DNA of 63,991 nucleotides, filler included, from Streblomastix strix (Eukaryota), in assembly GCA_008636045.1 (NCBI GenBank). It is 3 parts of 3 records of this genome, joined end to end, with 100 filler letters (N's around TTAATTAATTAA, not from the genome) between each part and the next. Parts side by side here need not be neighbours in the genome. Positions count along the whole stretch, not along the records: positions 44,567 to 63,991 come from SNRW01000514.1; 2 more parts are not named here. One strand, given 5' to 3'. A program made the translations under genes and the position numbers. A model generated the notes under the pieces. That model made no database searches. It saw only the letters and a program-made list of their open reading frames with translations, and had not been told where the DNA came from. This document shows, piece by piece, positions 44,567 through 55,672 of this stretch; position 1 is the first letter of the stretch; each line of letters starts with the position of its first letter.

Positions 44567-44953
44567 ATTGTCTATTATTACTCTTTAGAGCGTGAATGTA
44601 ATGAGTTTGGGGGTCATTTACGACATATAATGGAAGGGCTTATGTATCATTGTAAAAAAACACATAATAATCCTAATACTTAGACATAATCAGCATATAC
44701 ATTATTCTCTGTATTTAAGGATGAAGCAAAGCCATAATTTACAGGGACACCGTTTACTATTCCTCTTAATGCTGTTATGTTTGCGTAGAAGGTATTGGGT
44801 TATCCTATATGTTGGAATGGAGCTATACCGATAGATTGCTATATTGATGTTGATGGACATGTTAGAATCAATACACTTTGTTAATTGCTTTTACCTGATA
44901 ATTTCTGTGTATAAGTATGTGATTCATATGCGCTACATAATTTATCGACTTGA
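44567..44953 (+). CDS. C-terminal fragment of a viral beta-rich (fibre/receptor-binding head-like) protein
   Basis: ...TLFSVFKDEAKPQFTGTPFTIPLNAVMF...IDCYIDVDGHVRINTL...DSYALHNLST-TGA. The pattern resembles phage RBP head domains. Confidence 0.45.
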
Positions 44954-45021
44954 AATATTTAAAAATATATTGTTTTAATTACTTTTCTGAAAAGTGAAAC
45001 TTTACAGTAACGCACAGCGTT

Positions 45022-45432
45022 TCAATTAGCATTATCATATGTTCTAAGATTCAATAACTTTAAATACAATATATATCTCCACATCTTTGCAAGTTCCTTA
45101 TCTTATTTTTCAATTGATTCTTTAATGAAATCCTCTATTTATTCATTTGAATACTTAGACCAATGAAAATAACTTATTTAATTAATGTTTGGTTTTTCTT
45201 CAGATTCTTTTTATGATTCCATCTTAATTTTTTTTCTCCTACGATAAACAAATTGAAATATATATATAATTATATTAATAAGAACTAGAATCACATCAAA
45301 ATAACTCCATAATTATTTTATTAATGCAATAATATCTGTTAATTACTTAGGAATTGATAGAGAAATTATAGACACAATGAAGTTAACTCCATAAAATATA
45401 GAATTTATTATTATTATATAAATATTTAACAT
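45022..45432 (-). CDS. Small viral membrane protein (136 aa, two predicted TM segments followed by RRRKK)
   Basis: MLNIYIIIINSIFYGVNFIVSIISLSIPK...FDVILVLINIIIYIFQFVYRRRKKIK...RTYDNAN-TGA. Intact 411-nt frame, divergent from the ATPase. Confidence 0.65.
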
Positions 45433-45455
45433 ACTTTTGTTTTATAATAAATATA

Positions 45456-46541
45456 ATGACGTTATCAGAGATATAATCCGTGACTTTCACCGATAATTCT
45501 AAGTTAGATGAATATAAAACTAAGCCATTGACAAGGAATTCATTATTCTTAATCAATGGGAATCATTATATAGTTGGTGCAGTTGGTTCAGATAAAACAA
45601 CTTTATTAAGTAAGCTAATAGTTATTTATAAATAAAGAATCAATCCATTCATTTTATATTTCTCTAATTTTGGTGCAGGTGAGACTATTACTTTGAATCT
45701 AAACTCTAAGAATATAGTCTTAACTAATATAACATATGATGAAGCTATGTATTTCTTTCCTTAATTTGATGAAATCAAGTACATGGTAAAAGAAATCTAT
45801 ACGTACTGGAAACTATGAGATGTTAACGTATCATATAAATCAGATTTCATATAACGACTGAAAAAAAAAATATTAATAACTAATCAAATTAAAGAGAAAC
45901 TGAAAGAATCTTAAAAAGACTATATAAAACGAATTGCGGATTTATTTTAAAAAGAATGTATCGAAATCATTATCAAATACAGTGTTTCAACAAAAATAAT
46001 GAAATTTACAATTCCTACAATGATTAATAACGTGCAATTCGAAAAGAGACTAAAAATAGTACCATAAGACACATCAGCTGATGCAGAATTAAAAGTAATA
46101 AAAATTCCTATATTATTTCACAGTTCCTTATTGAATTCATTATTAATATTTGATGATATAGGAAGTAATGCTGATATTTAAAGATTCACTTCTGGATTAG
46201 CTAAGACAATAACACATTTAGTTTCCGACAGTAGACATAGCCAAAATACTGTTTTCTTTGTTGCTTAACGTCCAAGTTACTTATTCAAAACTGCTAGAAT
46301 AGTATCTCATGTTATGTGTTTAGGAGTTATTCTATCTGAAAGTGATTTAAAACAAGCTTACGAAGAGAGTTCTATTTGGAATCTTGACTTTGATGATTTT
46401 ATGTTACTGTATGGAACTCTTAATAAATATGAATTCATAATACTTAATAAATGGTAGAGTAAATATGAAATACTAAAGAATGAAACAAACACGAATCAAC
46501 GCGAAGCATTGCTAACGATTTCCGAATAAAATCGTTTTTGA
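45456..46541 (+). pseudogene. A32-like (FtsK/HerA) genome-packaging ATPase, disrupted
   Basis: Walker A IVGAVGSDKTT (G>D), Walker B LLIFDDIG and the A32-type motif SRHSQNTVFFVAQ....KTAR. One in-frame TGA at 45816-45818. Confidence 0.85.
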
Positions 46542-46559
46542 TGTGTCCAAACCGTATGT

Positions 46560-48510
46560 TCGATGATGTATAAATTCAAGTTATGTTTCATTTTTGCATA
46601 ACTTCCAAATGACGCTGGCTAAAACCTTGAGTTAACAGCAGATATAAGTTATTCGTTCATTAATATAATCTGATTTCCAATATTTGATAAAGTATCACAA
46701 AAAATTCATCAAGTTCGAGTAGTAAATTATCAGGTAGTGAATATTAATTTACAATTGATGATTAAAACTTATTAATATATGCACCAATAGATAATGCTTA
46801 GAATTATGCAATGAAACTAGATACTAATGGTGTTATGACATTGAAGAATATTAATTTATTAAATAATGATTTCTTATCAAAAATAACTACATTAGAATAA
46901 GAAGTTAATGAAATTTAGTAAACAGTGGGAACTGCAACTTAAGATATTGGTGGTTTATAATAATAAATTAATGTAATTAATGATGAACTTAATAGATATG
47001 CACATTTTAGAGGATATAATTTATTGAACACAGATATATAATAATTAGCAAACTCTGCCAATGGTGATTTTGCATTCTCTGCTGAAAGTGGTACTGTATG
47101 GATGTATGATGCAGATTGGTATAACAGTGGAAATATAGTTCCTGATTAAGTAACTCCTGCAAGTGATGCTATTCCATTAGTTGATAGTGGAACAGAGGTT
47201 GCAGGAACTTCTACTAAATATTCTCATCGAGATCATAAGCATCCGCTATAAGTTTTTACTGTATTACCAAGTAAAGATACATCTGTTGGTGAAGTAGAAA
47301 CTGCTACTACTTATGCTAGATCTGATCATACTCATCATGTAAATTTAAGTAGTAATGTTCCATTAAAAGATACTGGAACTGGAACTGCAGGAACGGATAA
47401 TGTATATGCTAGTGCTACTCATTAACATCCAATAAATGTTGATCCCAGTAGTGTAAATGTTCCATTAGTAAATGCTACTGCAGCTGCTAACGGTAGGAGT
47501 GATTATTATAGTAGAAATGACCATGTTCATCTTCAATAATTAACATATACGGGTCTATTAACTTCTACGATGTTTATTAAAAATGGAGCATAAGCAACTG
47601 ATGTATTACTCGCAAATGCAGATTCAAAACCTATTACAGATATTGCAGGTGATGGATTTGTAGTTAAAACAGGTAAAACGTTGCAAGCAGTATAAGGTGT
47701 TTTACGTCATAGTGGAGATGATGAGGAGTCAGATGATGATGAGGATTACATAACTAGGGGAGTAATATATAATTAATATGATTCTAAAGCATCACCAGAT
47801 ACAATAGTAGGTAGAAAGATATTTAAAAATGACTACTTTTAGCTATAACCAGCATCAACAACTAACCCATTAATTTTATTCAAAAATAATAACAATTTAA
47901 TCGAGTAATTAATAAATAGTAATGAAATTAGCCTAACTATGAATATTACTGATCCAGTTGGCACTCCATTATATATTAATTATAGGGGTACTAGTTTAAC
48001 CACATAGTATCCTAATTCTAAAATAGCAACTAGTTATGTTCTAAATACAGGGAATTCTACTTCATTTGCAGGGGTTAAATGTGGACTTGTTTAAATAAAA
48101 CCTAATGGTAATAATTTCAATGAAGGATTAAGAATATCACGTTCTAGCGATAGTAATTATAGTGGAATTTATCTTGGGTGTAATCCAAATTCAATTTGTG
48201 CATCATTAACAAATTAATGGAATATAGTAAATACACCTATAGGCGAATTAAGAATTGGAGTTAGTGATTAGCTTCTTTAAGATAATAAAGGATTAGAGAT
48301 CTCAACTGATGGAAACTCCCTATCTTTCAATAGAACTGTAATCGCTGGCGCAGGAGAATAAAGTGGTGCATCAAATGGATCAATTAATTACTCAGCAGGT
48401 AATCCAATCTTATGAGGTGTAAATAGCGTAGATGCAAATGGAGGATTCTATAGTGATGGACCTAAAGTGTATTGGGGAGCAAAACCAGTTACATTAGGTG
48501 CTGTTCCTCC
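46560..48510 (+). pseudogene. Viral fibre/spike-like protein with phage-tail-fibre-type H-x-H repeats
   Basis: Coiled-coil stalk, then four repeats YSHRDHKHP, YARSDHTHH, YASATHQHP and YSRNDHVHL, then a G/S/T-rich beta region. Frameshift near 46750, TGA at 48413-48415. Start approximate. Confidence 0.65.
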
Positions 48511-48590
48511 AAGGGACTGCGCTAGCTAGTCGCCAAGCAAAATGCTTGGAAAATATTTTGAAATATTAATAATTTATTTTTACGTGAAAC

Positions 48591-49070
48591 ATGTCCAAAC
48601 CGCTTAAATAGCTCTTCACTGAATTAGCAAAAACAAACTATGAAGATGATGATTTAATAAGAACAACGATAGAAACACTATAAAATCAGTTGATGAAAAG
48701 TAAATAAGATTCAAAACATATATTACTTAAGGAATCATTAAGAATTAATAAGTAATTCACAGAGTAATAGAGTGAATTATAGTCAATAAAATAATTTGTT
48801 GATGATGAAGACTATAAAAATAAAATATATGGTGAAAATAATAAATATTATGCTAATGAATTTAATCAAATCAAGAAGAAAATGGATTTGAATCAATAAC
48901 TATAATAAATAAAGAAATATATTATATCTGAAGCTACTGATGATGAAAAATAGATATATAATTAATTTGTTACAGATATAGATAATCAACTATTTTGTGG
49001 ATATTACTAATTAACGCAAATTCAGTTGCAATAAACTTCGTTTGCTATGTTAAGCATATCTAAATAATGA
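48591..49070 (+). CDS. Viral hypothetical helical/coiled-coil protein (159 aa)
   Basis: Open frame MSKPLKQLFTELAK...MLSISKQ-TGA with TAR=Gln. Confidence 0.6.
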
Positions 49071-49273
49071 ATATAACTTATTATATCTTATGTTTTGTCA
49101 AGAATAATTCCAAATCTGTCATTATATTCTTACTTTTTTTATTCATAGAACTATTTTTGTACATCATCTAATTCCTTATCATCAATAAGTGCCTCAAATA
49201 TTTTAAACACATCATAATCAGATGCATAATATATTTTTCCAAGAGATTACGCAAGTTAAAACAATTCCTCCAT
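49022..49273 (-). pseudogene. Small viral acidic helical ORF with a frameshift
   Basis: MEELFQLAQSLGKIYYASDYDVFK / IFEALIDDKELDDVQKQFYEQ...EVYCN-TGA, with a frame change near 49200. Confidence 0.45.
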
Positions 49274-49318
49274 CTTTACGTTTCGATTAAGAAAATTAAC
49301 TATACAACATCATATTAA

Positions 49319-49525
49319 TCAGCGTTTATTTAAGTATGAATCTACTTTTCCAGCAATGTTACCAACTGTGCCAATAATTCCTCCAATTCCAGAATGTAAC
49401 CTACTTACTGGACCAGCTAATGCACCCATTACTTTACTTAATGTTGGTGCAACCCAACCTGAAGTTTTCTTAATGCCATTTAATATCTTGGAACCAAAAT
49501 TTTTCAATCCTGAGAAGAATCCCAT
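49319..49525 (-). CDS. Adenovirus protein VI-like amphipathic (candidate membrane-lytic) virion peptide, 68 aa
   Basis: MGFFSGLKNFGSKILNGIKK...RLHSGIGGIIGTVGNIAGKVDSYLNKR. Intact ATG-to-TGA ORF inside the capsid module. Confidence 0.7.
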   Translation of the reverse strand: MGFFSGLKNFGSKILNGIKKTSGWVAPTLSKVMGALAGPVSRLHSGIGGIIGTVGNIAGKVDSYLNKR

Positions 49526-49569
49526 TGTTGTAATAGCGTTATTTTCTTGTATGTGGATTTGATTAACAA

Positions 49570-50390
49570 TAAAACTTGCCCACTGTTTTAAATCATAACC
49601 AAATCAACATCACATGAGCTTCTCAGCAAGTGCATATATACAAAAATTAGCAAACGCATAACATTCAGATTACATTTCCACATATTCAGCACTAAATGAA
49701 GTATTGAAAGCTTAGTCCATATATCCTTAAAGTTTCTCAATCAGTAGATAACAATTCTTTGATTAACCAGTAACATAACTAACAAGTGATGGATAACGAT
49801 ATACACGTGCACCGTTAGGTGCTAGAAGCACTGGTATTTGTTCAATGGTATGAACTTGTTAGGTTATTTGGTAAATAATGATTTTTGCAGGCCGATTAGC
49901 ATTATAAATTAATAAAACTCATGGCGGAAATCTTAATGATATGGATGATGCAAATGCAAGAGTAAATTTCACTGGTGATGAAGATATGTAATTCAACTAT
50001 CTAACTACGATGTATGCAGGAGCAGATGGCGATACATAATAATAATATAATAATACAGAACATATTAAATTTTGGTTTGGATATTCAACTACTTGTGGAC
50101 CATTTTAATAATTTGCCATTTGTAAGGATAATACAAAACTATGGGATACATCAATCTATGCAAGAGAATAAGCAGTGATCTCAGCAAATTCATTATCTGA
50201 CTTATATACAAATAATTCAGTGAGTGTATCACCATTAGAATCAATAGCAGCTGTCAAAAGGCATTGTCGAATATTTATTGATATCCCTGTTGATGCATAC
50301 AGTGCAACTGCAGGTAGATTTAATTACTTAATACCATATCCAATCACATTTTCTAGAGTACTTGATTTAAATTAGTTAAATCCAATTTTC
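49570..50390 (-). pseudogene. 5'-truncated beta-rich viral structural protein (candidate minor capsid/penton or cement protein)
   Basis: Long frame IGFNQFKSSTLENVIGYGIKQLNLPAVALYASTG...QIPVLLAPNGARVYRYPSL... with an internal TGA near 49920. No start codon before the junction at ~50395. Confidence 0.45.
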
Positions 50391-50399
50391 AATTCATTT

Positions 50400-51563
50400 C
50401 CTGAACTAACTCGCAATTATGCATCCTTATATCTATAGTTATGGACATAAAATTTCTTATAAGATCTGAAGATTGTATGGTTGAACAAGACAAATATGGT
50501 AACAAATGAACATCTTGCATATTAAATGATTCCTCCAGAAAAACCAGATATAATATTCCTAAGAAATTGTGACAATGTTGCTTATAATTCATATGCTGTT
50601 AGAATTGTTAATATGGAAGGAAAACAACATACTTAAAAATTCTTATCTAGTATGATTTAATAGATAGATGATGCAAAATTTGATAAATTAGACATAAGCA
50701 ACTTAAGTTTCAATATGGAGAATGAAGAAGTAATAATTGATCTAATTCGTGCACAAAAAATAATTAATTTCCCACCATAAATCATTCATACATAATTTAC
50801 TAATTTTCCATTTGTTGGATTTGATGAAAATGGAGGTAATTTATAAAGTATAATGTCATTTGCAAACATCAAAGCAATGTATATGACATTTGCAATGAAT
50901 TAATATCCTACATGGATCTTTTCTATTTTATTATAGAGGTTTGATTTAATAATTGATTAACGTCATCTAATACCAGAAGCTTATGCATCACTTAATCCTA
51001 TGGTTTGTGGTCAAATGTTTGATTGCTTTGTTGATTAAGATGTTATAGCAGCTCCATCAGATTTATATCATTCATTAACATTTGAAAACTAATCAATAAA
51101 CGAGTCAGATAAAGATTATTATGGACAAATGGGTGCTGGTTACTTATAAAGAGAGAACATATCCTATTAAACAACGTTATACCGAGGTAGTAAAGCTACA
51201 AAAGTGTATTATTCAAATAAATTTATGCTTGCATGGAAGATGGCAACAGATGATTCGTTCATGAGAAGTTACAATTCTTCAAAAATGGGGGCAAGAACTA
51301 ATATATAAGTAACTTTACAAGGGAGTTTGACACCAGGTATCAATGAAAGTTCTTTAATTAATCCAGGAGAAAATCAGAAAAATCACTTAACATTCTGTGG
51401 AACACGATGTCATCCTAATCCTAGATTAGCATAAATAACTCCACTGATGCATTATCTTTGTGACGCAATTGTCAGATTTACATTTGATGATGCACGAGAT
51501 CCATAAGTTCTGACATTAGAAGTGATTGGAGAAATAGGTGGAACAATGGTTAGAGCAGGATGA
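50400..51563 (+). CDS. Probable major capsid protein (double jelly-roll), N-terminally truncated, ~387 aa
   Basis: Uninterrupted beta-rich frame PELTRNYASLYLQLWTQNFLQDLKIVWL...FMLAWKMATDDSFMRSYNSSKMGARTNIQV...TPLMHYLCDAIVRFTF...GTMVRAG-TGA, near the packaging ATPase. The fold assignment is inferred from composition and context. Confidence 0.6.
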
Positions 51564-51757
51564 AAATGAAAAAACGAATTTTTAAATTAAGCCGCTTAAG
51601 CGGTCACATTCGTGGCGCCGAGCTTCGCAGGCTTCTAATCACGAAGTGAGTATTTTTTGATGAAAAAAATTTTTTTTTTCAAAATTTTCACTCAAGAACT
51701 TTATTGATTGAAAGTTCATTTTAGTTTTTTCCGAAAATCACCTTAAAAAGATAAAAA

Positions 51758-52450
51758 ATGGAATTTATTAATATAACCCCAAACGAAGATCCAAAAGATA
51801 ATTATAATGTGATTGATCATGAATTTATTTCATATAAACTTAGTTTGCTTACTCAAACAGTAAATATTATATCCGATATTACGAATATCAAAGGAAAATT
51901 GGAAACAATTCGAAAATAAATTGAAAATGCAAAGATATTGAACTTAACGGAAGATAATTTAATCAGTTTATATCGTGATCTTATGGATGAAAATACCATA
52001 AGAATAAAAAACAAAAAAACATCTTATAAACATTATGTGCCATTAATTTTATGCGAAATAAGTTGTAAGACTTGCATGAAAAGGTTATATAAAAAATTTA
52101 TTAACATAATTAAACAAATAAAGAAAGATTAGAAAAATTTCTATGATGAATATTCAGGAAAACATTTGAAAGTAATGTTATTTCTTGATGGATATCAATA
52201 ACAAATAGATTCAATTATGTTTGACGATTTAAGTTTCAATGGAATGAAGCCAAATTCAGTTAAATTGGAAAAATAAATTCCAAACAAAAATGATTAAACC
52301 GCCAAAAAATTATAAATTAATTAACTTTATAAATATGGGAATTTCGATGATCCGGAAACAGAATTTATTGAAAAAAATGATCCTGAGACTGTGCATGCTC
52401 GTGGCTAAATCGCCAGCGATTTTGATTTTGAATTTGGATTCCAATTTTGA
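51758..52450 (+). CDS. Intronless hypothetical protein (230 aa), probably viral
   Basis: Open frame MEFINITPNEDPK...LCEISCKTC...DFEFGFQF-TGA. Confidence 0.6.
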
Positions 52451-52454
52451 TCAT

Positions 52455-52560
52455 AAATAACAAAAAATTTGTCAAACAATTTCAAAAAAATTTGTCAAAC
52501 AATTACAAAAAAATAATTGTAAACTAATTACAAAAAAATTTTGTCAAACAATCACAAAAA
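52455..52560. repeat. ~23-bp non-coding tandem repeat (4-5 copies)
   Basis: Unit approximately acaaaaaa(t)ttgtcaaacaatt. Confidence 0.75.
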
Positions 52561-55500
52561 ATGAATTTAAATATTATATTAATTACAAATAATTTTAGCT
52601 GTTTAAGCTCGATAGTTTGTGTCGAGCATCAAAAATTTGCTGATTTCGGTTCAAAACCGGCAAATGACATATTTTTCTAAAATATGTTTTCAAAAAATTT
52701 TGTTTTTTAACTCTATGTTGAAACAGATTAAAATAGATTGAGGAAATTTCAGATATTGTATTAATAAGCTGATGCGGCTTTTTAACTAGTATTTTTCACT
52801 CGTTCGTCTCTAACTTACAAGACATTCTAGCAAAAGCACGATCCATTCTTTCAAATGAACATCACTAACAAAGAAACTGCAAAGAGGAACAGTTTGCCAC
52901 CTCTGAATTAGAAAAGAAAACAAGGAAATAAAAAAAAATAATAGGTTCATAGTTACATACGTGAGCTTAGACATTTCAGCCGGAGTGAGATCGGTTATTG
53001 GATACATTGTTAATGAGTTTTTGATTTGATCGCCCATATATTTTAGAAAAAATTAAGAAAATTAAAATTTGTTTGAATTGAAAACGCAAAAATGATGAAT
53101 TCATTAATATTGTTTAAAATAAATATTATCTATTATATATTTTCTGTTATTTAATTCTTTAAAAAATTGACAAAAAATCGAGGATTTCCGGATGAATTTT
53201 AGTAATAAGTGCGGATTTGTTTTGAGTGTATAAAATAACACCATAATATATGTACACATCATTATTAATGCTTTAAAAAAATCCATGCACTCGGCGATGG
53301 TAAATTTTAAATTATTTCTTTTTTTTCTCAGTTCTACCATTTTTATGATTTCAAACTTCATTTTTTTTAATAAATATATTTCTTGTTTATTAATATACGG
53401 CATTTACGCATGAATTTGTCATGTTTGCATGTCTATTGAATGAAGAGTTTAAAATTATATTTTAGAAATTTCAACCATTGATTTCAATAATAGCACTGTT
53501 ATTTTTTATTTCACTATTATGAGTGGTATTTACCCAAGAAAGATATTAAATTTTAAAAATGTACGTAATTTGTAAACAATTTCTTAATTCTTTCAATACT
53601 TTATCTAAATTAACATTTTACATTATTAACGTCATATTTTTTATAAATTCGATGTTCATAATCCAACTATTTTTATGAAAAAAGAATTCATCGATTTTGC
53701 CATATAGACATTATTTTTAAGAAATTGTATCATAAACTATATATATTAAATATGTAACGACAATTCTTTATAAATCTGTATCACAATTGTTAGTACTTAA
53801 ATTTTGAAATTTTACAAAAAAATTTTTTTATTGACTTTTTCATTATTTGACTGAAAAAAATCCGTCATTGAACGAACTCTCTATGGACGAATCCGTCAAA
53901 TCCGTCCGTCTGCTTGGAACTCCTATTTGTTATTTTTATTTAACTATAATTGTAAATTTTGCAGTTATAAGTATTTAAATGTTTAAACTAGTCAATAATC
54001 TAAAACAAAAATAAATTATTAATGGCAATCATATTCGAATATTGATAATTGATAAGGTTTGTTCAAAAATCAATAAGTTTAATAATCCGACAATAAAAAA
54101 CTTATTGATGAAAAGATGAATTTTATAATTTTTCTTTAAGAAGTTTATTCATAGAATGTAAATAAAATTGCTTTCGAAATTATAGAACAAGTTTGAAACA
54201 GGAGGAAAAAATTAGATTGAGATGAAACTTAACGCTTTAATCTAAAGTCTATTTTCAAATTTGTTATTTTGGACAAATTCTATTAACTCATCACAAATTC
54301 TATCTAATTCAATAAGAAAATCAAACTTTAGAGCTGCTTTTGTATTGTTTAAAATTACTTTATTCTTCTAACAATAATAAATTATCTATCCAAATTATTT
54401 CTATATTTAGTAATTATTCTTTCATATAAAAATAATTATCTTTATATAATTAAACATACTTTTTAAATGCATTAAAGATAAAGTAGATAATCTTAACTTA
54501 ATATTATTAATTTTCAATTTTTACATTTATTTAGACATGGAAACTTTATTCAAAATTTTGGAAAACCAGCAATATTTCCGATTACAAACAACTCAATGGT
54601 CGAATATGAAGCCAGTTTGCCAATTGCATGTTTTTTTCGTCCGTTTACTGCAGTAAAAGATGTTTGATTGTTTTTTTTTATTATTTATTTGTGTATTATG
54701 AATAACATTTATAAATTTATTAATAATTAAGACATTAAAACAAATCTCACAAAAAGGTCCTTGTGAACATATTCTTCATTATAAGTATAGCATGGTTTAT
54801 AAAAATCTATTTTCATTTCTGATTCAAGCAAAAACATAGCATATTTTTCTATTTATTGAATTTTCCAACCAGGTTTTGTAGTAAATAAACAATAATTTTA
54901 TTATTTTTATTTTTATTTTCACTATTAATTTACTGTTTAACAACAGTTAGTGGAAATCATTATGCACCATTTAATAGAAATGGGGTTCGTCTAGATGCTA
55001 ATTTTCCTCGAAAATTTTATCATGGATCTGTTGATTAGTTATATGGAGAAGCTGAAGATCGAAGAATCAAATAAGAAAGTTATTCTGAGAATCTTTGAAT
55101 TGCATCAAAACATGAACTTGCATTTGCTATTGAAAGTACTAGAGCTGTAGTTGAGAGAGAATTTAGAGCTACATTAAGTTCATCTCTAATGTTTTGTTTA
55201 GAGAATGCATTTATGAATTCATAACCATAAAAGTGATTATTTATTATAATTTAACCTCTAAGCAAAATAATTGCAATTAGAAGCAAAGTTCGTAACTTCA
55301 GAGTATAGAAAGTGATTTCATATTCCAGATCAATAGATTTATTAGTTAGTTCTATTTCATTTTAATTTTATTTTATTTTTATAAATTTTAATAAATAGGT
55401 TAATGATAATTTACTACTCAAGTAGTTCTTTCATTTTTTCATTGCAATTTTTGCTCCATTATCCCTAATTACTGATTAATCAATTACACTATCTCTCAAA

Positions 55501-55672
55501 ATATATTTATTATTTCATTTTTTTAATTATTAGAAAAAATAGTTTTATTTATATCAATTATAAATATTTAATCATAAAATTTAATAATTAATTAATTTTA
55601 TTTATAATTTAAATATTTTTTAAATAGTTTAATTTTACGTATTTTTCTTTATTGATAATTTTAAAGTTGAAA

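Larger units (their letters stand above)
44567..52560. mobile_element. Endogenous Polinton-like/MELD-type dsDNA virus, structural module, partly decayed; left end cut by the contig edge
   Basis: Tightly packed intronless ORFs on both strands: A32-type ATPase, fibre-like proteins, probable MCP and a protein VI-like peptide. Scattered TGA stops and frameshifts. No pPolB or integrase is visible. The right boundary is uncertain. Confidence 0.8.

Noticed and set aside
52810..53037. Minus-strand ORF with an intron-like interior
   Set aside because: It may be a host gene fragment, but no product or reliable 3' end could be assigned.
54940..55240. Coding-like plus-strand stretch
   Set aside because: Two frames are plausible, one with an internal TGA, and there is no recognisable motif.
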